Of a stretch of DNA of 64,000 nt, positions 36,189 through 47,185 are shown piece by piece; positions within the stretch are counted from its first letter, which is position 1; every line of letters starts with the position of its first letter. Origin of the DNA: a virus; the IMG/VR virus record IMGVR_UViG_3300005329_000012, positions 1 to 64,000 of that record, one strand, 5' to 3'. The position numbers and the translations under genes were made by a program. The notes beneath the pieces are model-generated. The model did no database searches. It had not been told where the DNA came from and saw only the letters and a list, made by a program, of their open reading frames with translations.

Positions 36189-38009
36189 ATGGCGCTCGAA
36201 CTCGTAGGGCAGCAGTCGATCGCGGTCGACCAGGCGGTCGAGCCCGCGCTGCGCTTCAGCCACCCGCAGATGGACACGGACCTCGTGATCCGGTCCGGCG
36301 CGAACTCCATCAAGTGGAGCTACGAGCTGAACACGCAGAGCACGCCGACCCTCGGCGGCGAGGTCGTGCAGATCCTCTCGTGCTTCGTCGGCCCGATCAC
36401 GATCGAGGGGATGGCCGCGGGCCTCCCGACCGACGGCTCGAAGGCGCGCTCGACCGGCTGGGCTGGGGGCTACACGCCCGCCGACGAGGCCCAGGACATC
36501 GTGCGCTGGTTCCTCCGCTACATGCACATGGCGGGCGGCGTGCAGGATCCGGGCGACTCCGACCGCAACCAGGCCGCGGTCCGGTTCACCTACGTCGCGC
36601 GCGGGTGGAGCTTCTTCATCATGCCGACGCAGCTCAGCGGCTTCGACTTCTCGGCCGACCAGGCGGGCGTCCCGTGGTCGATCACGGCCGAGATCGTGTC
36701 CGACGCCGGGCTCGACTACTTCCAGGCGGCGACGATGAACACCTTCACCGACTCGCTGACGGACCACGCCCTGCTCCAGACGGCCATCACGCCGGGCTTC
36801 GACTTCTCGCAGAACCCGTTCATCAACCCGACCCTGGCGGCGCCGGGCCTGGACAGCCTGGCCCAGCGGCTCGGCGACAACTTCCAGACGCTCGTGGCCT
36901 CGTGGGCGGGCTCGAACTTCATGACCTGGGGCTTCAACCCGCTCGGCGACCCGGGCGACATCAACAAGACCGACCCGTACTCGGTCTGGAACCAGCTCCT
37001 CGGCGGCGAGTACCTCGGCCAGATCCCGTCCGGCGGCTACACCGACTACCTCGGCAGCGCCTTCAACTCGTCGGTCTCGTCGGACGGCACCGACGGCGGC
37101 TCGGCGGTAACGATCGGCGGCGCCCAGGCCCCGCAGTGGGTGTCCGACGTGCTCAGCGGCCTCGGCTACCAGGCGACGCAGGAGAACGTCTGCTTCATGA
37201 AGTCCTGGTGGTCCGCCGAGGGCGGGGGCACCGGGTCGAGCAAGGCGAAGTTCAACTGGCTCAACGTCAACGCGGGGCCGCCGTCGCCCCCGGGCACGGA
37301 CTTCTTCGTGTCCTCGAACGGCGTGCACATCGCCATCTTCCCCGACTACAAGACGGGCGTCGAGACGACCATTAAGTTCATCCGGGACACGGGGAACTAC
37401 AACGACATCCTGGAGGCGCTCAAGAGCGGCAACCCGCTCCTGAACTGGCCGACCACCGGGCTCGTGAAGTGGGTCGGCCCGGGCGGCGGGAACTACGGCG
37501 GCAACATCTACCAGGCGACCAAGCGGTGCGTCCAGGCGGCGCTCGACGCGGCGGACGCGCAGGTCGGCGACCAGGGCGGCAAGCGCGGCAAGATCCTGGA
37601 GTACATCCTCGCGGCCGAGGGCAACAAGGCGAACTGGCACTACGCGTTCGGCGGCCCGGCGGGCAGGAGCGAGTTCGGCGTGGACCCGTCCAGGCGGACG
37701 CCGATCTACACCGACTGCTCGGGCTACACGGCCCTCTGCTACGACGCCATCGGCATCCGCATCCCGGCCCAGAGCGACTCGCAGGGCCAGCTCTCGACCG
37801 CGCGCCACGTGACGGAGAACTACAAGTGCGGCGACCTCTGCATCTACCCCGGCCACGTCACGATCGTCGCCACGGCGGGCAGCGCGTCCTCGGCCACGGT
37901 GTCGAGCTTCGGCGGCGACCCGCCGAGCTACGACGACCAGCCCGCCAGGCGGCAGGGCGTCAACTACCGCGGCGACCTGGAGTACGTCGTGAGGATCCTG
38001 GCGGACTGA
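36189..38009 (+). CDS. Tail/baseplate protein with lysozyme-like and NlpC/P60 domains
   Basis: TLGGEVVQILS; WWSAEG...FNWLN; TDCSG...GD...GHV. Confidence 0.75.
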   Translation: MALELVGQQSIAVDQAVEPALRFSHPQMDTDLVIRSGANSIKWSYELNTQSTPTLGGEVVQILSCFVGPITIEGMAAGLPTDGSKARSTGWAGGYTPADEAQDIVRWFLRYMHMAGGVQDPGDSDRNQAAVRFTYVARGWSFFIMPTQLSGFDFSADQAGVPWSITAEIVSDAGLDYFQAATMNTFTDSLTDHALLQTAITPGFDFSQNPFINPTLAAPGLDSLAQRLGDNFQTLVASWAGSNFMTWGFNPLGDPGDINKTDPYSVWNQLLGGEYLGQIPSGGYTDYLGSAFNSSVSSDGTDGGSAVTIGGAQAPQWVSDVLSGLGYQATQENVCFMKSWWSAEGGGTGSSKAKFNWLNVNAGPPSPPGTDFFVSSNGVHIAIFPDYKTGVETTIKFIRDTGNYNDILEALKSGNPLLNWPTTGLVKWVGPGGGNYGGNIYQATKRCVQAALDAADAQVGDQGGKRGKILEYILAAEGNKANWHYAFGGPAGRSEFGVDPSRRTPIYTDCSGYTALCYDAIGIRIPAQSDSQGQLSTARHVTENYKCGDLCIYPGHVTIVATAGSASSATVSSFGGDPPSYDDQPARRQGVNYRGDLEYVVRILAD

Positions 38010-39061
38010 TGGCCTTCCGCCGACCCACCGACGACGACCGCCTCCCGTTCTACGCGAAGGGGACCGTCGACCGCAAGCCGCCGTTCCGGGCGACCGGCCA
38101 GGGGCTCAGCGTCGTGGACCCGGGGGCCAAGGCGGCCAGCGAGATCACGTCCAACGCGTCGCTCAGCGCTAACGTCACGGCCGCGAACGGCTCGAAGTAC
38201 CTGGAGAAGATCTACCTCTACGTCGCGCGCGTCTCCACCGGCTGGTCGCTCTCGGGCGACTTCGCCCAGGCGCTCAAGTCCCGCAGCTTCTACCCGCGCA
38301 ACCTGAGCCAGGGCGACTTCGTGATCGAGGGCATCTGCCCGAGCCAGGACGAGTACGACAAGCTCGTGGAGTTCGTCCAGGCGCACCACCTGCGCATCGT
38401 GGACGACAGCACCGACCAGGACTTCTCCGAGTCGGCGGACCAGACCGAGAGCGTCAAGTTCCGCATGGCGCCGTCCGGCCGCCCCGGCACGTACCGCCAC
38501 GCGCCGAAGATCAGCTGGGACGTGGCCGTCACCAACATCGCCGCCGGGCACGAGCGGTTCAAGTTCCAGCCCGCGTTCACCCTCACCTGCAAGGTGCTGA
38601 ACGACGACCTCCAGGGCGACGACGACGTCGAGTTCGACATCATGACCAACCTGGAGTACAAGCAGGTGTTCACCGACGCCTTCGGCGACCTGTACCACCC
38701 GACGGCCACAGGCCCGGCCTTCTCGGCCGCGCTCGCGCCCGACACCCAGACCAAGTGGGACTTCACGGGCGGCGGCAACGGGGAAGCCGGGACCGGCGGG
38801 GGCGGGGGCGGCGGGTGCGACCGCGCGGCCGTCTTCGGCGACCACGGCGACGGGAAGTGGGGCTACAGCAGCGACACGGAGTACATGGAGAAGAACAACC
38901 CCATGACGGGCTCGAACTTCGCGCCCGGCGTGGCCGCCCCGGTGAAGTTCCCCGGCGGCTGCCGCGGCCCCGGCTCGGACAACGCCTACGACGGGTCGTA
39001 CATCAGGGACGGCGTGGACGGCGCGGGCAACCGCTACGACGACAAGGGGCTCAAGCGGTGA
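38009..39061 (+). CDS. Tail/baseplate protein
   Basis: TGATG overlap; 3' part of ORF 37469..39061. Confidence 0.7.
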   Translation: MAFRRPTDDDRLPFYAKGTVDRKPPFRATGQGLSVVDPGAKAASEITSNASLSANVTAANGSKYLEKIYLYVARVSTGWSLSGDFAQALKSRSFYPRNLSQGDFVIEGICPSQDEYDKLVEFVQAHHLRIVDDSTDQDFSESADQTESVKFRMAPSGRPGTYRHAPKISWDVAVTNIAAGHERFKFQPAFTLTCKVLNDDLQGDDDVEFDIMTNLEYKQVFTDAFGDLYHPTATGPAFSAALAPDTQTKWDFTGGGNGEAGTGGGGGGGCDRAAVFGDHGDGKWGYSSDTEYMEKNNPMTGSNFAPGVAAPVKFPGGCRGPGSDNAYDGSYIRDGVDGAGNRYDDKGLKR

Positions 39062-41661
39062 GGAGGCTCGTCTACGCCCCCAAGGTCTGGGTCTTCATCC
39101 GGTCCTCGAACATCCTCGACGAGAAGGGCGACCCGAGGATCTACGACGTGTCCAGCGACATCGTGCGCGGCTCCGTCACGCAGAACCTCGGCGACCTCTC
39201 GAAGGCGCGCTTCGAGCTGCGCAACCGCTTCCGCAAGTGGATCAGGAGCCCGAGCGACGGCTCGAAGCAGATCTTCCTGCCGATGGACCTCGTCACGATC
39301 TGGATGCAGCGCATCCCGGGCCACCCGGTCCAGGTCTTCACCGGCTACCTCGACTCGGTCCCGTACTACCAGGCGTACCCGGGCAACGCGATCTTCGAGG
39401 CGTCCTGCACGCTCAAGAAGCTGGCGTTCAACTGGTTCGACCCGGGCCTGCCGGTGTTCCGCAACTGGATGCAGGCGAACGGCTGGGCCTACGACCCGAC
39501 GACCGGGAACGTGCTCGCCCAGACGCAGGGGAACACGAACTCCCCGAAGATCGCCTCGGACGCGAGCTTCGCCGACCTGCTCGGCCGGTTCCTGGTGGAC
39601 ATCGCCGGGTGGTCGCCGAAGGACATCGTGATCAGCAACATGCCGGTCGGCATCGCGGCCAAGGCGACCGAGCTGTACACGTCGGTCGAGGACGCGACCG
39701 AGCAGACCCTCCAGGACCTCAGCGGCCTGATGGGCAAGCTCCTCGGCGTGAGCGGCGTGACCGGCGTGGACAACAGCCCCGACGCCGCCCCGGACGACGA
39801 CAGCGTGGCCGAGGCGGTCAAGAACTCCCTGCCGTCGGCGACCCTGGCCGAGGTCAGGAAGGTCTCGGCGGCGGCCACCGCCAGCAGCCTGCCGCCGTGG
39901 CTCCTCATCTTCGCGGGCCTGCTCGCAACCCACTTCCGCCCCGACTACCACGTCACCGACACCAGCAACCCGGCGTGGGGCTACGGGCTCTACGCCCTGC
40001 GGCCCAACTCGGGCGGCCTCCTCAGCGGCGTGCCGATCATCGGCAGCGGCAACGACCAGATCGACGGCGTGGCCCCCGAGCGGGTGATGGACCCGACCCT
40101 CTCGGCGACCCTGTTCGCCAAGCGGCTCAACAAGAACAGGACCGACAAGGCCGACAAGGCCCTCGGCGGCGACGTGCAGGCCGCGCGCGAGTGGGTCGAG
40201 GCGGCGCTGGGCCGGAACGTCAGCCCGCCGGACACGCTCGACAACCTCTACAAGGTCGCGCTCCAGGCGTCCGGCACGCAGAAGACCGACGTCGGCAAGC
40301 CGTCGGCGACGATCAGCGTGGACGTGAAGAACACGCCGCTCACGGGCGACTTCGTCAAGGCACGCGTCACCCCGGCCGACTTCAAGGTCATCCAGTCGGG
40401 CAGCCTCAAGGACGCCGTGCCCGAGCTAGGCGCCGCGCTCATCCAGGCCAAGTCGATCGCGCCGAACATCCAGGTCCGCGGCGGCACGACCAACCCGCTC
40501 GACCTCGTGCTCACCGGCAGCGAGAAGGACCTCGCGCGCCTCTGGAGCTTCTACAAGGGGAAGCCCGAGTACCAGCGGATCGAGCTGCTCACCGCGAGCA
40601 CGCACGTCGCCCTGGACAACGGTGTCACGAGCGGCATCCCGCTCACGATCGGCAACCCGCCCGCGATGCTCGTCAAGGTCAACGTGCCGCTGTTCGACAA
40701 GCTCGGGACGCTCACGCTCACCGACCCGCTCCTCGGCGGCGACGCGGTGGACGCCGCGGGCGTCGAGGGAGGCATCACCTTCAAGCAGCTGGCCGCCTTC
40801 AGCGCCAACGCCGCGTTCGCGTCCAACTTCGCGTTCCCGGCCGACTTCATCGCGTCGAACGTCCTGGTCGGCGACAAGGCGCTGATGAACGACGTGTCGT
40901 GCCTGAAGGGCGTGCAGCAGTTCTGCGCCGCCAGCCTCCGCACCTTCCGCTCGCTCCCGGACGGCCGCTTCATGGCCTTCTACCCCGACTACTTCGGCGC
41001 GAGCCGCGACCCGTACTGGAAGATCTACGACATCGAGATCGTGGACTTCGGCATCCAGCTCAACGACGACGCCCTGGCGACGCACGTCTACGTCATCGGC
41101 GACTCGTTCGCGGGCGTCGGGGAGATGCAGGAGGCGTTCCAGCAGGCCGCCTCGCGCGGGCTCGCGACCCTGACCCAGCCGGGGATGCTCGACGCCTTCA
41201 TCGTGCCGCTGAACATGACGAACGACGCGCAGGCGCGCGAGGGCGGCGACTCGGACTCGAACGTGACGATGGAGGAGGCGCGGCTCTCCAACGCCTTCAA
41301 CTTCCTGGAGCACTACGGGGCCAGGCCGCACAAGGAGGACCAGCCGCTCATCCGCAACCCGTTCTACGAGTTCCTCATGGCCTGGCAGCGGTTCATGCAG
41401 CTCTGGGCGCAGCAGTTCGCGACGACGGTCCAGTTCTCCTTCCAGCCCGAGGTCATGGCGGGCGGCCTGATCGAGTTCCCGCAGCACCACATCCAGATGT
41501 TCTGCGACTCGGTCACGCACTCGTTCGACTACCAGGGCGGCTTCACCACGCAGGCGACGCTCACCGCGCCGTCCGTCTCGAAGGGCAAGGCGAACGCCTC
41601 GGCGACCGACCTGCCCGGCTTCGCGCTCGGCGGCACGATCAACACGGTGGGCGCGGCGTGA
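39058..41661 (+). CDS. Baseplate hub protein
   Basis: LVYAPKV, FTGYLDSVP, SCTLKKL, FRSLPDG.F.AFYPDYFG, VTHSFD...GF.T. Confidence 0.75.
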   Translation: MRRLVYAPKVWVFIRSSNILDEKGDPRIYDVSSDIVRGSVTQNLGDLSKARFELRNRFRKWIRSPSDGSKQIFLPMDLVTIWMQRIPGHPVQVFTGYLDSVPYYQAYPGNAIFEASCTLKKLAFNWFDPGLPVFRNWMQANGWAYDPTTGNVLAQTQGNTNSPKIASDASFADLLGRFLVDIAGWSPKDIVISNMPVGIAAKATELYTSVEDATEQTLQDLSGLMGKLLGVSGVTGVDNSPDAAPDDDSVAEAVKNSLPSATLAEVRKVSAAATASSLPPWLLIFAGLLATHFRPDYHVTDTSNPAWGYGLYALRPNSGGLLSGVPIIGSGNDQIDGVAPERVMDPTLSATLFAKRLNKNRTDKADKALGGDVQAAREWVEAALGRNVSPPDTLDNLYKVALQASGTQKTDVGKPSATISVDVKNTPLTGDFVKARVTPADFKVIQSGSLKDAVPELGAALIQAKSIAPNIQVRGGTTNPLDLVLTGSEKDLARLWSFYKGKPEYQRIELLTASTHVALDNGVTSGIPLTIGNPPAMLVKVNVPLFDKLGTLTLTDPLLGGDAVDAAGVEGGITFKQLAAFSANAAFASNFAFPADFIASNVLVGDKALMNDVSCLKGVQQFCAASLRTFRSLPDGRFMAFYPDYFGASRDPYWKIYDIEIVDFGIQLNDDALATHVYVIGDSFAGVGEMQEAFQQAASRGLATLTQPGMLDAFIVPLNMTNDAQAREGGDSDSNVTMEEARLSNAFNFLEHYGARPHKEDQPLIRNPFYEFLMAWQRFMQLWAQQFATTVQFSFQPEVMAGGLIEFPQHHIQMFCDSVTHSFDYQGGFTTQATLTAPSVSKGKANASATDLPGFALGGTINTVGAA

Positions 41662-42224
41662 GCAGCGTCTTCTCCACCGCGCCGCAGCAGCAGTACGAGT
41701 ACGCGGCGGTCCTGATCGACGACGTCGACATCGAGGTCATGCAGGCGCACGCGCGCGACCGCACGGGCGCGATCATCCAGTGCTCGTACCGCGACCAGCC
41801 CGCCGGGCTCATGGCGATCCCGGCCCCGGGCGAGCGGTGGATCGCCATCCGCAAGGGGTACACGTGGTACCTCGAAAGCAGGATGGCGACGCCGGAGGAG
41901 ATGGCGGGCCTCCAGCAGGGCGACCTCTCGATCGACGCCCCCGGGGACATCTACATCCAGGGCAAGAAGCTCTCGGCGATCGGCGGCAACGTCGTCCAGG
42001 ACTTCGTCGAGCACCCGCTCGTCGGCGACGGGGGCTTCGCCACCGCCGTCCTCACCCACGCGCCCCTGGGCGCCTCCAGCATCACGGTCTTCCTGAACGG
42101 CCTCCTCCTCTGGCCGGACCTGTGGACGTACGACGACGCGACGAAGACGATCACGTTCGACGCGACCATGGGGGAGATCGGCGCTCTCCTCGTCCGCTAC
42201 GAGACCGCGGACGAGGTTAGCTAA
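41658..42224 (+). CDS. Putative baseplate spike protein
   Basis: PAPGERW OB-like N-terminus; VFLNGLL domain; position. Confidence 0.55.
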   Translation: MSSVFSTAPQQQYEYAAVLIDDVDIEVMQAHARDRTGAIIQCSYRDQPAGLMAIPAPGERWIAIRKGYTWYLESRMATPEEMAGLQQGDLSIDAPGDIYIQGKKLSAIGGNVVQDFVEHPLVGDGGFATAVLTHAPLGASSITVFLNGLLLWPDLWTYDDATKTITFDATMGEIGALLVRYETADEVS

Positions 42225-42248
42225 CGCGCCCTCTCAAGCGCGTAAGGG

Positions 42249-42722
42249 GTGAGCATGACCTGGAGTCTACAGATCAGGAACGGGGACCTCAACTTCGCTG
42301 GCCCGGGCGGCTTCGCCGTCGTCTCGGGGACGCAGAAGCTCGTCCAGGACATCCGCCACTGGCTGCTTGAGCCGCGCGGCACCGACCCGATGCACGCCGA
42401 CTACGGCTCGACGCTCGACGGCGGGCAGCTCTCCGACGGCTCGATCGTCGGCTCCTCGATCGGCGGCGTCTTTTCGGCCGAGGACACCCTCGTCATCGAG
42501 GCCGAGATCAGGCGGGTGCTCAACGCCTACCAGCTGCGCCAGGCCCAGCGCCTCCAGACGGAGGTCACGAGGTTCGGCGGCAAGAACACCTTCTCCACCG
42601 GGGAGATCCTCCGCACCGTCAACGCCGTCGAGGTTAAGCAGCTCGGCGACACGGCCGTCGTGACGATCTCCATCACCACCGCCAACGGCGACAACGTCAA
42701 GTTCGTCCAGCCCCTCGCGTAG
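42249..42722 (+). CDS. Baseplate wedge protein (gp25/GpW-like)
   Basis: NGDL, KLVQD, EPRGTDPMHADYGS.L. Confidence 0.8.
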   Translation: MSMTWSLQIRNGDLNFAGPGGFAVVSGTQKLVQDIRHWLLEPRGTDPMHADYGSTLDGGQLSDGSIVGSSIGGVFSAEDTLVIEAEIRRVLNAYQLRQAQRLQTEVTRFGGKNTFSTGEILRTVNAVEVKQLGDTAVVTISITTANGDNVKFVQPLA

Positions 42723-42725
42723 CCC

Positions 42726-45122
42726 ATGTTCACAGTCGAGCAGATCACCCAGAACATCATCAACCAGCTCCAGCTGCTCGACCCGTCGGTCAGCGCGGAG
42801 GTCGGCACCCCGGAGCGGAAGCTCATCGAGGCCACGGCCGAGATGGCCGCCAGCTCGCAGGTCGACTTCACGGTCCTCAACCAGCAGCACGACCTCGACG
42901 CGATGGCGGGCGGCAGGCTCGACGCCTACCTCTCGGTCTTCAACTTCTCCCGCCAGTCGGCCGTCCCGGCGTACGGCTCGGTCACGTTCAGCAGGACGAC
43001 GGCGGCCACCAACGCCATCACCATCCCGCTCGGGACGCAGGTGCAGGCCCTCATCGACGACCTCCTGTTCCCGACCGTCACCTACGTCACGGTCCAGCAG
43101 GCGGTCCTGGAGGCCGGGCAGCTCAGCGTGGTCGTGCCGGTCCAGGCGACCGTCGCGGGCACGATCGGCAACGTGGACGCGGGCCAGGTCACGGGCTTTG
43201 GCGGCCTGAGGTCGATCAACGGCATCACGAACGTCACCAACGCGGCCCCGCTCGTCGGCGGCCTCGACGCCGAGAACGACGCGGCCTACAAGACGCGCTT
43301 CCAGAACACCTTCCTCCGCAACATCAGCGGCACGACGGACATGTTCCTCGCGCTCGCGGTCGCGATGAGCGGCGTCACCAAGGCGAACGTCGTCGGCCCG
43401 ATGAGCCGGTACCAGGAGTACGTCCAGGTGCCCGCCGCGCGCGACGTGGCGCTGGAGACGCAGGCTGGCGGCTACGACGACGACGGCACGCTGTTCCCGC
43501 ACAAGCGGACGACGGCCCAGAGCACGGTCCCGTACTCGAAGTACACCTGGCCGACCAACTTCTACCTCACCAACTCGACGCTCGACCCGGCGACCGCGGT
43601 GTTCTTCCGGCCGGACGTGGACTTCGTGTTCAACTCGCCGCCGGTCGACGCGTCGGCCGCGGGCACGAACGAGGTCCAGACCATCACCAGGACCGCCACG
43701 GGCGGCACCTTCACGATCTCGTTCAACGGCGTCGAGACGGGCGTGATCGGCGCGGGCGCCGCGGCCCCGACGGCGGCGGCCCTCCAGACGGCCCTCCGGG
43801 CGCTGGCCACGGTCGGCGACGGCAACGTGAACGTCACGGGCTCCGACGGCGGCCCGTTCACCGTCACCTTCGTCAACGAGCTGGGCGGTGCGGACGTGCC
43901 GACCCTGGTCATCGACGCCGCGCTCGCGACCGGCGGCACCGTCACGGTCGGCGTCACCACGCCGGGCGCCGCGGGCGCGCAGGCGGACGACACCCCGGCC
44001 ACGAGCCCGAACGTGACCCTGCTCAACCCGTACGACGCGGAGGCGAACCCCTTCGGCAACGCGCTGGCGGCCACGGGCGAGATCCTGCTCCTGGAGCACG
44101 CCTACATGAGCGTCAACTCCAGGAACGACATCGAGTTCGGCATCCTCAACTGCGTGGACATCTTCGTGGACGGCCAGAACATCGCCGCGGCCAGCTCGAC
44201 CGAGGTCCTCCCGGGCGACACGCACAACGTCCAGAACACCAACGCGCTCCTCTGGACGTACCAGAAGCTGACGGCCCCGAAGGTCGTCAACTTCCGGCGC
44301 AAGATCGACTCGGCGCCGTGCGGCATCGGCAACCGCCTCCAGCCGCTCTACTGGCAGCCGGTCGTGGACCTCCCCGACACGATCCAGGTCGGCGCGGCCC
44401 TGTTCTTCCGGGCGAACTACTACAACCCCGGCGACGCGACGTACTACAACCAGTACGACCCCGCGACGGGGACGTACAGCTACAAGGCGCACTACGCGAC
44501 CGCGGTCGAGGTCAACTCGCACCACGGCTCCGTGCGCGCGCGCAACGGGATCGAGTGGTTCCTGGCCGGGAACAACTACCTCCCGGGCCAGCTCCCGGAG
44601 GACGGCGAGGTCTACTCGGGCAACAAGATCGACGAGCTGTTCGGGACGGCGTTCACGGTGGACTCGTACCTCTACGACCAGAACGTCAGCGACCTCCAGG
44701 CGATCACGGAGAAGAACAAGCAGGTCACGCAGGACGTGCTCGTGCACCGCGCCAAGCTCCGCTACTTCCGCCCGATCGTGACGGTCATGTACACGCTCGG
44801 CGCGACCCGGTCGACGGTCGACGCCTCGATCAGCGCCGCGCTCTCGACGTACTACCGGAACCAGTACTTCGGCAGCGCCGTGCAGCTCAGCGACATCCTC
44901 CAGGTCATCCACAACGTGCCCGGCGTGGACAACGTGCGGTGGACGAACGACACGCCGAGCGGGAACAAGCTGGAGGAGGTCGGCGCCGACGGCTCGACCC
45001 TCGACGGCGGCCCGTACTACGTGACGACCGACTTCTTCCTCCAGGACAACGAGCTTCCGGCCGTCCCGAGCCGGAACCAGATCACCATCTCGGTCAGGGC
45101 TCAGAACACCTGGGGAACCTAG
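42726..45122 (+). CDS. Baseplate J-like protein
   Basis: AYGSVTF, IPLGT, AGTIGNV, VTN...GGLDAEND..YK.R, VPGVDNV. Confidence 0.9.
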   Translation: MFTVEQITQNIINQLQLLDPSVSAEVGTPERKLIEATAEMAASSQVDFTVLNQQHDLDAMAGGRLDAYLSVFNFSRQSAVPAYGSVTFSRTTAATNAITIPLGTQVQALIDDLLFPTVTYVTVQQAVLEAGQLSVVVPVQATVAGTIGNVDAGQVTGFGGLRSINGITNVTNAAPLVGGLDAENDAAYKTRFQNTFLRNISGTTDMFLALAVAMSGVTKANVVGPMSRYQEYVQVPAARDVALETQAGGYDDDGTLFPHKRTTAQSTVPYSKYTWPTNFYLTNSTLDPATAVFFRPDVDFVFNSPPVDASAAGTNEVQTITRTATGGTFTISFNGVETGVIGAGAAAPTAAALQTALRALATVGDGNVNVTGSDGGPFTVTFVNELGGADVPTLVIDAALATGGTVTVGVTTPGAAGAQADDTPATSPNVTLLNPYDAEANPFGNALAATGEILLLEHAYMSVNSRNDIEFGILNCVDIFVDGQNIAAASSTEVLPGDTHNVQNTNALLWTYQKLTAPKVVNFRRKIDSAPCGIGNRLQPLYWQPVVDLPDTIQVGAALFFRANYYNPGDATYYNQYDPATGTYSYKAHYATAVEVNSHHGSVRARNGIEWFLAGNNYLPGQLPEDGEVYSGNKIDELFGTAFTVDSYLYDQNVSDLQAITEKNKQVTQDVLVHRAKLRYFRPIVTVMYTLGATRSTVDASISAALSTYYRNQYFGSAVQLSDILQVIHNVPGVDNVRWTNDTPSGNKLEEVGADGSTLDGGPYYVTTDFFLQDNELPAVPSRNQITISVRAQNTWGT

Positions 45123-45139
45123 TGAGGGGCAGGTAGCAG

Positions 45140-47185
45140 GTGCCCACCCTGACGGAGATCGCGAGCGGCAACGCGAGCCTGACGCAGACCGTCTTCACGA
45201 CGGACAACCTCGTCGTGGAGCCGCTGAACGGCCCGCAGTCCGTCGAGGACCTGATGGACCGCTTCCCGGAGGAGGTCTACCACCAGGGCCGCGACACGCA
45301 CCTGTTCCGCCTGCTCCAGGCGCTCTGCGGCGACTCGGGCGCGGGGCTCGCGAAGAAGCAGGCGTACGCCGCGCGGCTCAAGTACGAGGCCGAGTTCGTC
45401 AGCTTCGACATCCTGAACGACGTCTACGTCGCCCAGTTCCAGTTCCAGCGCCTCCGCAGCGAGACGTACACGTACAACGCCGACGCCGACGCGCTCACGC
45501 CGACGCAGTGGAACCTCGTCGAGCTGGCCGACCAGCGGTACTACCAGCGCGTGGCGAAGTTCTGGACCGCGGTCCGGTACGGCAACAACGGCGAGGGCAT
45601 CCGCCTGGCCGCCGAGAGCGGCACGGGCGTCACGTGCGACATCAGCCCGCAGTACCGCTTCATCTTCGACCAGTACAGCGACCTCGCGCTCGGGCTCAAG
45701 CCCGACGGCATCACGCCAGCGTGCGAGGAGGTCGCGGTGCTCCCGCGCTTCGACCCGGGCAACGACGTCTCGTACGTCACGCCCTACGAGCGCGTCTGGG
45801 AGTTCACGTCCCCGACCCTGGACGGCGGCGTCAGCCGCCCGGTGCCCGCGCCGGTCGCGCAGTTCGCGGCCGAGCTGTCCTACGTCCCGCCGCCCCAGGC
45901 GAAGATCGACGTCGTCGGCTCCGCGACCGGCGCGGGCGAGACGATCGCCATCCCGCCGCACCTGCCCGGCGACCTGATCCTGATCGTGGCGGCCAACAAG
46001 AACCGGCAGCCGACCATCCCCGCCGCGGGCGGGACCGTCCCGGCGTTCTCCTCCCCGAACCCCACGGAGACGTCCTCGCAGACGATGGGCCTCTACCTCC
46101 TGGTGGGCACGGCGGTCGCGACCGACTCCGGCCACACGTCCGGCACCTGGGCTGGCGCCGCGGGCCTGAACGCGCTCGTGCTCCGGCCGACCAACGGCAC
46201 CATCGCCCCCGGCAACTTCAGCGTCTACCGCTGGAACGAGCGCGGCGAGCCGCAGAGCCCGTACGTGACCTGGCCGTCGCTGGACCTCGACAACGAGAAC
46301 GGCACGTCCGCGGTCGTCCGCATGGTGACCCAGTCGGAGACGACGGACAGCAACCTCGACGCCCCGCCGGTCGGCTACACGTGGGCCGCGGGCGTCGGCC
46401 TGCCGTTCGCCAAGCCGTACGGGCTGGCGACGCACTACCGCGCGGCCGTGCTCGACGACCCGCCCGAGGAGCGCACCCGCGGCACCAGCTCGAACGGGCC
46501 GCTCGGCTTCGTCGCCTACAGCTTCGAGGTCAAGATCGCGCCGAACCCCGGCGCCTACGTCGAGACCAAGCCCGCGCGCGAGGAGCGGTACACGGTCGAG
46601 AGCGACCAGCTGCTCGTCAAGGATCCGTTCTTCCGCCTGCTTCCCGAGATCGAGCGCAACGCCGTCGAGCTGATCGACCGCCTGCGGCCGGTCTCGTCGG
46701 CCGTCACCTTCAAGCCCGAGACCGCCAGGTACGACATCGTGCCGATCGAGACGCCGCCCGTCGCCTCCTCCGAGAGGATGAACGTGACGCGGTTCGTCAC
46801 CGGCAACGCCTCGGTGCCGTGGCCCGACACGGACCCGGAGAGCAACCTGTTCATGGTCGCGGGCGTCGAGACCGAGCCCGGCAACTACTACGGGATGAAC
46901 CGCGACCTCCCGGTGGTCTTCCTGGACGTCGAGAGCGAGCACGCCTACACGGGCGAGGCCCTGCTCGACCCGACGTACGGCAGCAACAGCTTCTACACCG
47001 CGGTCAACAACGTGTCGCCCTACGAGCAGTACCGCTCGGAGCACACGGGCGCGTTCTTCCCGGTCATCGGGGCGATCTTCCCGTTCCTGCTCAACGTCCT
47101 GCCGTCGGCGGGCTTCACCGCCGAGCAGGCCGTCGCCAGCCAGAACACCCCGCTCGTCTTCGAGGGGAGCTTCCTTGACAGCTAA
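45140..47185 (+). CDS. Baseplate wedge/minor tail protein
   Basis: FPEEVY, ALCGDSG, IDRLRP; follows J. Confidence 0.7.
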   Translation: MPTLTEIASGNASLTQTVFTTDNLVVEPLNGPQSVEDLMDRFPEEVYHQGRDTHLFRLLQALCGDSGAGLAKKQAYAARLKYEAEFVSFDILNDVYVAQFQFQRLRSETYTYNADADALTPTQWNLVELADQRYYQRVAKFWTAVRYGNNGEGIRLAAESGTGVTCDISPQYRFIFDQYSDLALGLKPDGITPACEEVAVLPRFDPGNDVSYVTPYERVWEFTSPTLDGGVSRPVPAPVAQFAAELSYVPPPQAKIDVVGSATGAGETIAIPPHLPGDLILIVAANKNRQPTIPAAGGTVPAFSSPNPTETSSQTMGLYLLVGTAVATDSGHTSGTWAGAAGLNALVLRPTNGTIAPGNFSVYRWNERGEPQSPYVTWPSLDLDNENGTSAVVRMVTQSETTDSNLDAPPVGYTWAAGVGLPFAKPYGLATHYRAAVLDDPPEERTRGTSSNGPLGFVAYSFEVKIAPNPGAYVETKPAREERYTVESDQLLVKDPFFRLLPEIERNAVELIDRLRPVSSAVTFKPETARYDIVPIETPPVASSERMNVTRFVTGNASVPWPDTDPESNLFMVAGVETEPGNYYGMNRDLPVVFLDVESEHAYTGEALLDPTYGSNSFYTAVNNVSPYEQYRSEHTGAFFPVIGAIFPFLLNVLPSAGFTAEQAVASQNTPLVFEGSFLDS

